A stretch of 64,000 nucleotides of DNA from Calcarisporiella thermophila CBS 279.70 (lineage: Eukaryota; Fungi; Calcarisporiellomycota): NCBI RefSeq assembly GCF_041956535.1, contig NW_027192203.1, positions 617,406-681,405 on the forward strand. Direction: 5' to 3'. This document shows, in pieces, positions 35,640-47,687 of this stretch (its first letter is position 1; each line of letters starts with the position of its first letter). The position numbers and the translations under genes were made by a program. The notes under the pieces are model-generated. The model did not search any database, had not been told where the DNA came from, and saw only the letters and a list, made by a program, of their open reading frames with translations.

Positions 35640-36387
35640 TTCGTTTTCGTTTTAACCAATTCTCGCCAATCTGTTTTTTTTTTCCTGAATTCCAATGAGG
35701 AAAATAAAACGCGCAGATAGTATATGTATAAAAATGAAGTGGTCGATTTCCTAGTTTATAGCACACAATAGATATATTTATTGATGTATTAGTGTAGTGA
35801 AGGGGAACAGATGTAGCGGAGGAGAGGAGAGAAGAGAAGAGGAGGAGAGGGGGGGAAAATAAAGCAAAAATGATACGTGCCCGTGAGAAGCTACCGCGGA
35901 AGAGGAGAAGGGGCGTGTTTAGAAAATGGAAAAAAGAAGCAAGAACGAGGATAGCTTCGTAGATTTGTACTCTTTTGCCCCAAAACAAGTGGTAGATCCG
36001 AATTATTATCGCCCATCATCGCTGCCTAGCTGGCCCAGTAAATTGCCCACCCTTGGCCCTAGGGGACTGTAATCAGGAGCCGACCCTGCAGTCGGCCCTA
36101 CCCCCAATTTGTCCTTTGGTATTCACGGTCATAAAATGTTGGGGGATGGCGAGATAGGCACTTTGACATTACAATAAAATATTATACTGCTCGGACGATT
36201 GTGACGCCTCCCAACAAATCATCCGCCGCGGCCCTGCCCTCTTCTCGATAAATCTTGGAATTTTAGAACTCCCCAACATTCAAATTTAGAGTTAAACGCG
36301 GATGAGAACATCCATTTCCATTTTGGACCATTTGGATCATGCATTAAAATCATGCCATCTTTATTTTGCGACCTACAGCCTCTCTCT

Positions 36388-38503
36388 CTACCAGCTGTCA
36401 AAGTTACCAAATGTGTAGCCAGTCACCTGTTTGGCCTTCTTATTACCCATCTCCGGGCCCTCGACGCTCTCCCCATTAGCCGTTAATGCCGTGGAAGCCG
36501 CGCGCTTCTCTTGCCTGCCGGCCAAATATTTGCCGACGCCATTACTTTTTGTTGTGCCGACGGGGGACGCAGAGGAGGTCACTCGGGCCGTCCCTAGCCA
36601 AGTAACAGTGTCGTCGCTTTGCACCTCTTTCTTAGTAGCTTGCTGCTGGTACTTTTGCTTGCGCTCCAGTCGCTTCTTCCATTCCTCAAACGGGTCCACA
36701 AACACTACTACGTCGAGCATTTTGATGTCTTGCTTGGGCCGATCGCCGTCATCAGTGTCCACCTCTTCAATCTGATCCAGCACCTCCATCCCCCCAACAA
36801 CGCGCCCAAAAATGGTGTGCTTCATATCCAGATGCTGACACGGCCGAAATGTAATGAAGCTACAGGGAGAAATGAGCCGTTTAGGGGGGTGGGAGAGAGC
36901 AAAAAAAAAAACCTACAATTGGGAGGAGTTTGTGTTTTGGCCCCTGTTTGCCATGCTAAGTATGCCGCGCTCATTGTGCTTGAGGCTAGAGCGGCATTCA
37001 TCCTCAAAATCCTTCTTCCAGTAAGATTCGCCGCCTTTTCCTGTGCCAGTTGGATCGCCGCCTTGAATCTTCGTGAAAAGGAAAATGGTACGTTAATATC
37101 TCCAAATGGAGACAATGGAATCTCCACTGAATTAACTTACCATAAAATGCTTGATTTTTCGATGAAATGCGATGTTCTTGTAATAGCCAGATTTGGCCAA
37201 CATAATGAAATTATAACACGTCTTGGGGGTCTATTTGTAGAGCAACCATTTAAGGTCAAGGATTCATAAATGCATCAGATAAAAAAAGAACCTAACGTTT
37301 ACCTGATCACAGTAAAGCTCCAAGTTCAAATTTCCAAAATTGGTCACGATTCTTGCATACCCCTTGGCTTTGATCTGCTTGAACATGAACTCCTCCTCAT
37401 CTATCAAAGCTCGCTCATTTATAAGCACTGGATCCATTGATGTAGAGGTAAAAGATGCGGCGGCGCGTCCAGTACTATAATGCGCAGCGTTATAGGCTGG
37501 TTTTGAGGGGTTGGATCCGACCAGGGCCGGTTTGTTATAATCGGAGAGCTTTTTGCCCTCGGATTCGCTATCTGCGCTCTCCTTTGCCTATGGAGACGGA
37601 AAATACTCTAATTAGGCATCCATATAATAGAGTCATCGAATAGGTTCAACACAAATGATATACCTTTTCGCTCAGCTCGGCTAGAACTCTACCCGTTGTG
37701 CCTCTTGTATTGATATTATACAATGGATCAGCTCTTGCCTTCTCCTCCTCTTCGCTCAAAACTCTTAAATTATGCTTAAGATGGTAGAATTGCTGCAGAT
37801 TTCGCAGTCTTAAGTCGTTGGGGTCCTGTAGGATGATGAGATCTTTGCGTGTGAAGGGTTCGTCATTCAATAGATCGCGCCAGTGCTTGGGTTTGATATT
37901 AAGTTTGTCTATTGCATCCTGGGCATAAACATTGCCGGTCGTGCGAACGGCAGTGATTGCTGTGTGATCCGTGAAGACTCGGAAAGTGATGGGACAATGG
38001 TATTCTCCTAAGAATTCATCCTGATTAATATGTGGCAACTACACAGCAAAATTAGGGGGTTACCATTAGCATTCTTGGAGAAATGCAGTTTTGTTAGTGA
38101 CTTGGCGCTTAATTTTTGGCCGGTGACAGGATTGATTCCATACTTTTTTAGAAAAGGGGCCAAATATCTAGAATCGATCTTCGAGTTAATATAAGGATTA
38201 TTTGCTCCAGAACGTACTCAAGTAGATCACATACTTCAAATCAAATATAATCCCTTCTGGGGTGCACACTGGATCCTCGAACGGCTGGAGTGATAGCGCA
38301 CAGAAATTAAATGGTAATCTCTTGAAATCCTGCAGCTTTCTCTTTTTCGATATACCACCCATCGATGCTCCCTCTGGATCTGCAGTCCCGTCCCATTCTG
38401 AATGGGTTATATAGAGTTTATCCTAGCCATAGTTAAACGATGAATATTGGTCTGAATTCATTCTCAAAGTATCAGCGAGCATACTCACCGTTCCTTTTCC
38501 CAT
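36388..38503 (-). CDS. PPIL2: U-box cyclophilin PPIL2/Cyp60, multi-exon
   Basis: [69 protein letters not shown]-terminal FGNFDSW. Confidence 0.92.
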
Positions 38504-38734
38504 TTTAGTAGATCTCACTCCTTCCGATCCTCTTCATCTCTCGATCAAGTAGGAACCCTATGGAAGAGTGAAATGTGGCACAGCGGTGACGTTGCCAAGA
38601 CTTTAAAGATTTTAATCCGAATTTGTAAAACGAGAGCTCCCCTTTTTCACTTCTAAAACCACCCCAATTCGATTAATTAATTCTTCACCTCGATCTCCGT
38701 CAGCTCCTTGCTTAATCTGGTCTTGCCTTCAAGT

Positions 38735-39598
38735 ATGAACGGGGATACATCTTATATACTACCTGCATCCACTCGTACGAATAAACGTAATTTATCTGGA
38801 ACTAAAGATTTTGAAGCCCATTCAGGCAGACTAACATCGCACACGGGATCAGATCGAACACGTTCTTCCTCAGCATCGCCTGCACCACTGCCCAATAAAA
38901 AGACACATGGCAGATTCCTCCCGGTACTTTCTCCGCATCAATACCTCTTTTTGCTTTATCCCATCATCATCTTATATGGTTCGTTCTACTACCTCCCCTC
39001 TGCCGAGAGCGAAAGCTATTTCTCACAAAAAACCAATATCTTTAATCGCATTTTCGCCAAGAATGGCTGGGGATGGACCACCATTGCATTTGCGATCTAT
39101 GTGATCGGGCAACGACAGTCCGGGTGGCATAAGGCAATTGTTCGGTGGATAATGGCCACCGTGTACTGGTATGCATTGACGCAATGGTGTTTTGGGCCTA
39201 GCGTATTCGACCGAGTGTACGTATATACCGGGGGGAAGTGCTCTGTGGATGGACACTTTACTGGGCGATTATGCAAAATGGGTGGAGGTGAGTGGCACGG
39301 AGGGCACGACGTGAGCGGCCATGGGATGCTTCTAGTGCACTCTTCTCTATTCCTGATCGAGGAGATGTCCGAGACTTTCTACCGGCTTTTCGATCAGGTG
39401 AAGACATGGCACGTTGCAAGCGCGGCGGCCCTAATAGCGCTGTGGGCGGTGATGCTCTTCTACACCGCGGTGTACTTCCACGATCTTCCGGAAATGCTGA
39501 GCGGCTTATTCGCGGGGTCTGCCTACTGGGCCGTTGCCTATGGTTGGCTGTTCCGACACTCGGTCTTTCCAGGATTGCCTCATGCACATTATTATTAG
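38735..39598 (+). CDS. SCS3: FIT-family acyl-CoA diphosphatase (Scs3/FIT2)
   Basis: FNRIFAKNGWGWTT, TQWCFGPSVFDR, GGEWHGGHDVSGH, FLIEE, TAVYFH. Confidence 0.92.
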   Translation: MNGDTSYILPASTRTNKRNLSGTKDFEAHSGRLTSHTGSDRTRSSSASPAPLPNKKTHGRFLPVLSPHQYLFLLYPIIILYGSFYYLPSAESESYFSQKTNIFNRIFAKNGWGWTTIAFAIYVIGQRQSGWHKAIVRWIMATVYWYALTQWCFGPSVFDRVYVYTGGKCSVDGHFTGRLCKMGGGEWHGGHDVSGHGMLLVHSSLFLIEEMSETFYRLFDQVKTWHVASAAALIALWAVMLFYTAVYFHDLPEMLSGLFAGSAYWAVAYGWLFRHSVFPGLPHAHYY

Positions 39599-40310
39599 AT
39601 GTGAATATTTCATTTCCATTTAGAATTTGTTGTTTATATATGCACCCTTGTTATATCTAATAAACCACGCTAATCATCCATGCGCCTTGCCGAGCGTCCA
39701 TCCGCAGCCCGTGGCTTTCACGCTGGAATCTCACGGACAATCAAGCGGGCCAACTAGGCCAAGCGGCCTGCTTCCACTCGTTGACGGAGAACGGAAAGAT
39801 TCCAGCCCGAATTTCTAATTAATTTTTCCACGGGATGATAAGCAATCCCTGGGCAACGGTTTGTCCCACGTTGCAATATTGGTTCGACGCGCGGGCTTTC
39901 CAAATCTCCCAAATCTGCACCGTGGATATGACTTGCAAACATCTAAGCCTAATCCAAATCGAATCTTCCCTCTTCGGCTTCCGGCTCTTCTCAGGGGGAG
40001 TCACCGGCTCCTCGGAGGGTGCATCCCACCGCCTGCAGCCCTGCTCCACGGGACTGCTAACCTCTAATTGGAGATGCCCCTGTCGCCGACTCGCGTGCCC
40101 TTTGAGGAGTTATTTTTATGCGGCAGCTGGATTCCTATAAAATAAGCTCGCTCTAATCAACGGGGACCACAGTGTGCGACGCTATACCCTATCCAAGTTG
40201 TTAGTCCGCAGGTTCCCCTGCCCTCACGCCCCTTTGAATCTTCTTCTCGCCCTGCACTCATCCCACACTTCTCATTGCCATTCATTATCTCGCCACTTTG
40301 CACATCTCTT

Positions 40311-43300
40311 ATGTCTCTTGACAAACAGAAGATCGAGGGTAGGAATGCAGTTTTAATATAATGTCTTGCTTTGAGAAAAGGGGATCACTGATAATTATTA
40401 ACCTTCATTTGCTTCCACCCCTCTGCTTTTTTATTTGTTTTTGGCTTAGTCTCCCTTCCTTCATCAGAACGCCCAACCGATGCTATAATTCGTATCTCCA
40501 GTGACGATGTCATCAAACCCAATGACGCTCTTGAGTATAAAACGCCCGGCGACGAGCCGGAAGAATTCGATTGGAATGATGACGATGAAGAATTCGCTGC
40601 GAATCCACCTAAACGCGCTCCCCGAAGCAGCCGCTACAACATCGTCTGGGCTGTTTTGAAGGCTTTGCTCATTCTTGCCTTTATCAGTGCAGCGGTTGGA
40701 CTTAATGTGCACTTTCCTCGAGAATTAAATCAGTTGAAATTCTGGTTTACATGGCTCGCATTTATGATGGTTATTACCGTTGTGACATGTTGGGGCGTCG
40801 GGATTGTGCCATGGGTAGTCCATAAGCTTACACTCAGGCTTTCACCCAAAAAAACAGAGCGCGTCATGTCACAATTAGAGGTAAAATGCAATGAAGTTGA
40901 AGCCGGTCCTGAGCCTGTAACTGAAAACTTTGACCCGATGAATTTTGCCAAACCCTAGTATTTCATAGCCGTCATTTTCTACGTGAAATTGTTCATTGTC
41001 ACGGCCTGGGCCTGGCTCAGCTATTGGGTGTGTGCATTGCTTTTGTTTCAGACCATCGATGCGTACAATTTCATATTATTCAAAATCATGCAATGCGCGT
41101 TTTTCGGCTCGCTCTTACTTCTGATTGAGAAGCTACTCCTGCAAATCATCGTGACGAAATTCCACCGGAAGGCCTACAAGACGAGAATCAAGGATAACGA
41201 GTATGCGCTATGGGGTAAGCAATCCTATAGGCACCAGGCGCCTCTCTTCTCTATTAACTATTTTTGCCTTGCTGTTCCTCTAGTTCTCGATCGATTTAAG
41301 AAGGTCATCCAGAAATACGAGAACTCTAAATTGCTTGGAAAACTTCGCAAGAAAATGCTGCGCACCGAGACGGGAATCGAGGAGCCATCTGCCGGCAATG
41401 ACTCGCGTGTTCACCTCAATAATTTCGAGGGCGACATGTCACCACAACCGCCCACGAGAACTTACACGGACAGCACCGTTGATAGTGGGAAAAAGCGCAG
41501 CTCACACATCTTCAATCGCATCAAGAGCATTCCCCTTGGGGGCAAGCCTTCTGACCTCCTGACGCTTAACAGTGGAAATATCAAGTACCACAAGCATGAT
41601 GAGGATGAGACGACCTACCAGGCCAAAAAGCTTGCGAGGAAGCTGTTCGAAGCACTCATCAATGATGACGCAGAAGACAAGGATGGTCATCGGACAAAGC
41701 CACAAAACCTAGAGGAGACAGGTGAACGCACCTACCTGTTGCCGGACGATTTCTTTGCTTATTTTGACACGGAGGAGGAGGCTCAAAATGCCTTCAAGAT
41801 TTTCGACCGGTAGGCATTTTCTATCTTGAAACTTCTCCCATTCTCCTTCCCCCTCCCCCCATACTGATCTATTGTGTTTGCCTTCTTCTCCTGTATCTAG
41901 GGACGGCAATGGTGATATTAGCAAGAAGGAAATCCGTAGCGCTGTGATCAACATCTATCGCGAGCGCAAGGCCATTGCCACGGCGCTTCGTGACCTCTCG
42001 CAGTGCACTGGGAAATTAGATAATATTCTTCTCACCATTGGGTTCATGGTGTGGTTCCTCATCGCCCTCAGCAGCTTCAACGTTTCTCTCAGCGGACTGC
42101 TGCCGTTCTGGTCCGCATTGCTGGCAATGAGTTTTGTGTTCGGGCAGGCGGCAAAAGATATGTTTGAAAGTGTTATTTTTGTATTTATGGTGCATCCCTT
42201 CGACGCTGGAGATAGGATTTATTTGAACGGAACCCATATGATTGTCACCGAGATGGGACTACTCACAACCACCTTCACGTAAGTGCTTGTTGAATTTTGT
42301 ATTTGGATGTGTTCTGGCATTAACTCTATATGCTCCCCTATGGCGGCTGGACAATAGACGGTGGGATGGGTGAGTAAAAGATGTTTTCACAAGAGGCTCT
42401 CGATTGGTATTCATTAACTTGGAATACGATTTTTTATTTGCGCCTCTGTATATTTAGAGTTGTTATCTATCATCCCAATAACCAGCTCGCAAACATGAAC
42501 ATTGAGAACGTGCGACGGTCGGGTAATATGTCGGAGGCAATGAGTAAGTAGTCACCCTCAAACTGCTGGGTATACGTGCCGAAATTCCTTATCCCTTGCG
42601 ATACCCCCTGCATAGCTATTGCCATCGATTTCTACACACCCAGTCTTAAAATCAAGGAGGCACAGGAGCGGATGAACGAGTGGGTGGCGAAAGAGGCGGC
42701 ACGCGACTTTACTCTCGGGTCATTCAGCCTGCTTTTCAATAACATGTAAGTGGCTTGAACCTCTCTTAGTTGATTGAGAAATGAGCGCTGAATTTGGTAT
42801 ATCAAAAGGATCGATACCAATAAGTTAGAGCTGCTGGTCTGCTTTGAACACAAATCGAACTGGCAAAACATGGGAGAACGGTTTACGCGGAGAACAAAGG
42901 TAAGTGGCAAGTTTTGTTCTACCCAACGAAGGCCGAAAGGGTAACTTTGTACTTTTTCGAAGCTGCTTTTTGCATTTAAACAAATCCTCGAAGAACTCAA
43001 CATTAAATATTATAACGTACCTCAACCTGTTATTCCTTGTTCTCCTCCACCCTATTCCCTACAATCCACACCGAACTCAGGCAATGCCTCCCATACTACC
43101 AACCCTTTTGCTAGCCCACCCATTCTCGGACCCGCACCCGCTTCAACCTCGCACCAGAACCGTTCTGGAAATCAGCAGCCCGGGCCAAGAGAAGATCAAA
43201 CAAATGCGGAACAACTTCATCTCTATCAGCAGATGATGGTGCAACAACATATGGCACAAGTACAGCAGCAGCGACAAAATGATGATGTATCGTGGCTCTT

Positions 43301-43346
43301 GGGGGCAGCCGCAGGAAGCTCACATTTAGAAAATGAACAACGATAG
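40311..43346 (+). CDS. MscS-like mechanosensitive channel with EF-hand (Msy1/Msy2 type), multi-exon including a 12-nt microexon
   Basis: EKLLLQIIVTKFHRKAYKTRI, AFKIFDRDGNGDISKKE (EF-hand), IFVFMVHPFDAGDR, LLTTTFTRWDG, IENVRRSGNMSE; TAG at 43344-43346. Confidence 0.9.
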
Positions 43347-43469
43347 GTTAAGAGGTAGCACACTACATCATGGCATTGGTATTTCGTATTCATATTTGCG
43401 GGCAGATAGGGCTATTATACCAGCTGAATTGGATGAAAATTTATTTCATTATTTCACCTTGTTACCATA

Positions 43470-43488
43470 CATATATATATATATATAT
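43470..43488. repeat. (AT)n microsatellite
   Basis: catatatatatatatatat directly visible. Confidence 0.8.
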
Positions 43489-44087
43489 GAATATATTACC
43501 CTGTTATAATCTCTTTCTTCAACCATCCCCTCTGAAATAACACATTAAATAAGGAGAAAAAATAATGAATGGAAACTCCGCATTCACACAAACAAAAAAG
43601 AGGACATTTATAGATAGGTATTCATTTCAATGATACTAAAATAATTCTCCTAATTCTTCGGCCAAATGTACAAGTCGATCCACTTTCTAAGCTCTAAAGC
43701 ATTCAACCTTGACCTTAATTATTTCCACCTTGGTGGCAATTAGCCCCAGAGTAAGGAGATGTGTTTTTTAACTCAGCCCAGTCATCTGGAATAGCTTACA
43801 GATGATGGAGCCCTGTTTGGTTTGCCACCCACTATTCCACTTTGCCTTTTATTATTAAGTCTTATTGTTTCTTACATACAACTTGTAAGGTGCGTATGTT
43901 TTATTTAATTTTACCCACGCTATCTTCTTTTTTCGTAAAGACCTGCCTGCTATTAAACACATCGCTGTCTCCTTACCCCCAAACTTGTCAACGATGGAGG
44001 TGTTTTATCGATCCTTATCAATTAAGCATTTTATTGATTGATACTTTCACAAAGATATATTCATTCATGTTATACGACACAGCTTCA

Positions 44088-44456
44088 TTAAATATTCACT
44101 TCCTCCATCCCTGGCCAAGGACATTGTCCATTCACTTTATTAAAGCATGAATAATAGCTACCCTCGTTTTTCCAACAAGGTGCGCAATTCTTAGTGCATG
44201 CCGGAACACTTTGCATGTTGCCTGGTCTACAGCTCGTTTTGCCTTCACTTGAATTTCTATCCCACATACCACTCCAAGGGCACCTCCCTTCGAGTGTATA
44301 ATCATAACAATCGTATTTGTTTCCATTTTTAAGCCAACACGGCGGACAGTTCGATACACCAGTACAAAGAGTACCCGTATTGCCCCGATCACAACTGTTC
44401 GGAAGCTGACCACTGACTACCGAGAGCGCAATGAAAACTAGGGGTAAAAAATGCAT
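44088..44456 (-). CDS. Small secreted cysteine-rich protein, two tandem 6-Cys repeats
   Basis: 122 aa, hydrophobic signal peptide MHFLPLVFIALSVVSG, 12 Cys; repeat consensus C-x8/10-C-x3/5-CxPCW-x8-C-x7/8-CPWxGM. Confidence 0.85.
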   Translation of the reverse strand: MHFLPLVFIALSVVSGQLPNSCDRGNTGTLCTGVSNCPPCWLKNGNKYDCYDYTLEGRCPWSGMWDRNSSEGKTSCRPGNMQSVPACTKNCAPCWKNEGSYYSCFNKVNGQCPWPGMEEVNI

Positions 44457-45050
44457 TTTGTTAAGTGCTAAATCCCTTCAACTAATCCAAAACTGATGAA
44501 AATTCAACAAAAAGAGATATGAATAAAGTTTAATATAAAAAGTATTAAATTGAAGAATAAATCATTCCGCTTCAAAAAAGCAATCTGTGCCCTTTTATTT
44601 GTGAAGTGTGTCGATCGTGTTGGATGGGTTTTTGGAACTAAACTTGAAATACAGGCTTATGGTTGATCTTTTATTGTGGCCAAGACCCGGTTGCTTGTTT
44701 TGCTTCAGTAAGGATACTTTCCTTGCACATCGCTATAGTTAGATATGCTAAGCATTTTTTAGCCGAAAAGCTATGCGCGAAATATGTAGCTTGCACAATA
44801 TATTCATATAGGTATTGCATATTTTATGCTCTGCAACCGTTACAGTAAGATGCTGGGCCAGTTTTCCAAGACGAACCACCGCAGTTGTTTGTTTTCCCAC
44901 GGTAGCGACCACAACATATTGCAAGACGGATGCATCCTTTATTGATTTGGCCTTGTTTATTTAATTTCCTTCTATACAATGATTCCCAACAATTAAACCA
45001 TGAAATAAATTAAAATTCAGACACCATCTCCAGTAATAAGGTTCACACCA

Positions 45051-46124
45051 TTAAAGGGTCGCAGTATAATGAATGGGATAATCTAAAGAGAAGTTTCCGG
45101 ATTAGCTTTCAGATTCGGTATCAATGCCAAAGACAAGCAAATATTGAATAAACTTACGATCGGAATAGTCGTCATAGGTTTTTCCCTTAATTTCGTATGG
45201 CTTCATCTTTACCTTCAACACAGTTTGTTTGCTTCCAGACTTAACTCCTCCCTTGGCGATCAGCACATGGTCAAGGATAGCACTGGCTCCATTGGGGTCT
45301 CTTTCGTTTGCGATTGTGTTCGTCTTCACATCATAACTCAGCGGCCACCCATCAAAAGTATCGGCGCCCTTTGCCCCAAGAATGCTCAACATATCGTTGT
45401 ACTCGCTCGAGGATTTATCCACATTCATATCCCCGATGACAAATACAGGTTCATTGGCAGGCAACGTGTCGACGAATTGGCGAATCTCGCGGAATTGAGT
45501 GGCGCGTACACTCTTCTCACTTCCACTGCAGCCACCGTCGTCCGCCTGCGTGTGGGTTCCGATCACGTGGAGCGGCTGGTTGGTCCCCATATCAAGTCTC
45601 ACGTAAGCAAATCCTTTGTTAGCCGTGTTATCAGTACCGCAGCCTTTGGCGAACACATGCTGCCTCTTCTCAACAATCCGATGCTTCGATGCGATGAACA
45701 CGCCCCCGCTAGCTGGACACAGACTGCACCAGCTTCCAGTCGTCGCATTCCAGTCCTTCTTCGACCGACCCGTCACAGGAGTCTGATATGGGTATCCATA
45801 CTTGGCCAAGTTCCCTTGCAGGGGATCCGTCACAGACTGCTCGAATGCCTCCTGGAAAACTAGCACATCGTGATCCTTGATAAAGTCGGCGGGAGCTCCG
45901 ATTGCTTCTGCGCGTAAGTTCTGTCCCCAGTTCGGATATATGTTTTTGTAGAAAAGAAAGGTGTTGAAGGAGAGAATACTTAGTGATTTGGAGGTGTCTA
46001 GGCTCTTGTTGGAGGCTTTCAGTTTCTGGAGGCCGCGCTTTCGAGCGGTGAGGCCATCGTGGGGAAAGGCTGCGAGCGCGAAACCAGTGAGAGTCAGGAG
46101 AGCAGAAAAGAGTGAAAGTTTCAT
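45051..46124 (-). CDS. Secreted bacterial-type neutral sphingomyelinase C (EEP superfamily; Bacillus SMase / Staphylococcus beta-toxin family), 2 exons
   Basis: Signal peptide; YPNWGQ..RA..I, DVLVFQEAF, YPYQTPVTGRS, FAKGCGTD..ANKGFAY, HVIGTHTQA, GDMNV, LDHV. Intron 45083-45157 restores DYSDHYPI; TAA at 45051-45053. Confidence 0.93.
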
Positions 46125-46220
46125 TGCTTGAACGGGTCTGGCCAAAAAGCAGGGGACGGAAGGAAAAAAGAGAGGAGGGAGTGAAGGAGAGTATGGGGGA
46201 GCATAATAACAAGTTGGCTT

Positions 46221-46227
46221 ATTTATA
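46221..46227 (-). promoter_or_regulatory. TATA box of the sphingomyelinase gene
   Basis: TATAAAT on the minus strand about 100 bp upstream of the ATG at 46124, followed by a pyrimidine-rich leader. Confidence 0.5.
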
Positions 46228-46709
46228 GCCACCCCGCAATATAAAGATTAGATTAGAGTTTAGCTCTGTGATATAGAATATGGTTAGGGATCCTGAGGAA
46301 GAGGAGATTTACAGATCGCGCTAACCATGACGATGCTTTCCACAGTATCTGCATGCATGAGGCGGTGGCCTCATCCTGATTTTTGGTCCTTCTTCCCCAC
46401 CTTATGCTTCATAACATGTTGGCAACAAGAGATGATACAAGCACCGTTCGAACAGTGCCTTTACTTATTCTTAGAAGATTATAACCTCCTTCTAATTAAG
46501 ATTGTCTTGCCATTGCGAAAACCTTGTCCTCTCACATGACAAAAAGGGAACAGTTTATTAGATGCTAACTTGTTATATCCCAAATTAAACGGAGTCGGTC
46601 TTTGACCCGCGGCGCAGCATCATAATTCCATGAGAAGATTTGTGACTGAACGCGTAATATGTAGGACATAGAGGCCAGCGCACTTTTATTACTTTCACGA
46701 GGCAGCATA

Positions 46710-47537
46710 ATGAGTACTTCTACCGAGACCAAAGTGAACGGACATGACCCTGTTCAGAATGCTCGTGCGCTAATCTCTGAAAAAGATCAGCTAGAGGCAA
46801 ATATACGAGAATTGGAGACCGAATTGCGAGGGGTAGGTTACCGATGTATCAGGAACAAACAACGATATCGAGCTAAATTCCTATAGTGAAAATAGCACGG
46901 TGTTGGAATGACCCAATCACTGGTCGATCTCTCTGGCTTCCCTCGGACTGATATTGATGTGGTAGCTGTACGGAATCTCCGGCACCAGATCATACGTAAT
47001 TATAACTAATTTAATATTACATAAATGTCACATCGTTCAACTCAACAGCTCCTTGTTTGCCTCCCCTCCCCAGGCCTACGTAACGATCATAAAGAACTCA
47101 TGAATCGCATTGAAAATGCCCTCTATGAGGTACATGCGCAGAACCGCGAGCAACAACACAGTGCAAGCTTCAGCTCACATCCTGCAGAGGACGTGCATCC
47201 ATTTGCATTGGTGGATAGTGTCGCCCCCGATTCGCCTGCTAGCCAAGCTGGTTTAATGAGAGGCGACAAAATAGTTCGGTTTGGAGAACTACATGAGGGT
47301 AATCATCGGGGATTGCAGGCATTGCCAGGCGTGGTGACTCGGAATGAAGGCGTGAGTATACTGGAATGATTCTGACTGCCTTGACCCATTCTCACCCTTT
47401 ATATTTATTTGCTAATTCTACAGAAAGCAATCATGGTTACGTTGGAGCGAGCATCAGAGCGCATCACAATAGAGTTGGTACCAAGGCAAGGATGGGGAGG
47501 CCGAGGCTTATTAGGTTGCCATATCATTCCTTTATAG
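46710..47537 (+). CDS. NAS2: 26S proteasome base chaperone Nas2/PSMD9 (PDZ), 4 exons
   Basis: HGVGMTQSLVDLSGFPRTDIDV, LRNDHKELM, PFALVDSVAPDSPASQAGL, WGGRGLLGCHI. Confidence 0.92.
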
Positions 47538-47687
47538 GGGGACGTGGAAAACTACAACAGTGGTATTCTATCTTGTTTTACTTTCAATTATTGTGCTATA
47601 CTCCTCAATAAAAATTATATATCAAACATGGCGGAAAAAAGGAAAAATAAAAGAAATACACACACGAAGCACTCATCAAGAGAGAGA

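Noticed and set aside
45051-46124. Bacterial contamination as the source of the sphingomyelinase
   Set aside because: A spliceosomal intron is required to complete the active site, and the gene is contiguous with intron-containing fungal genes.
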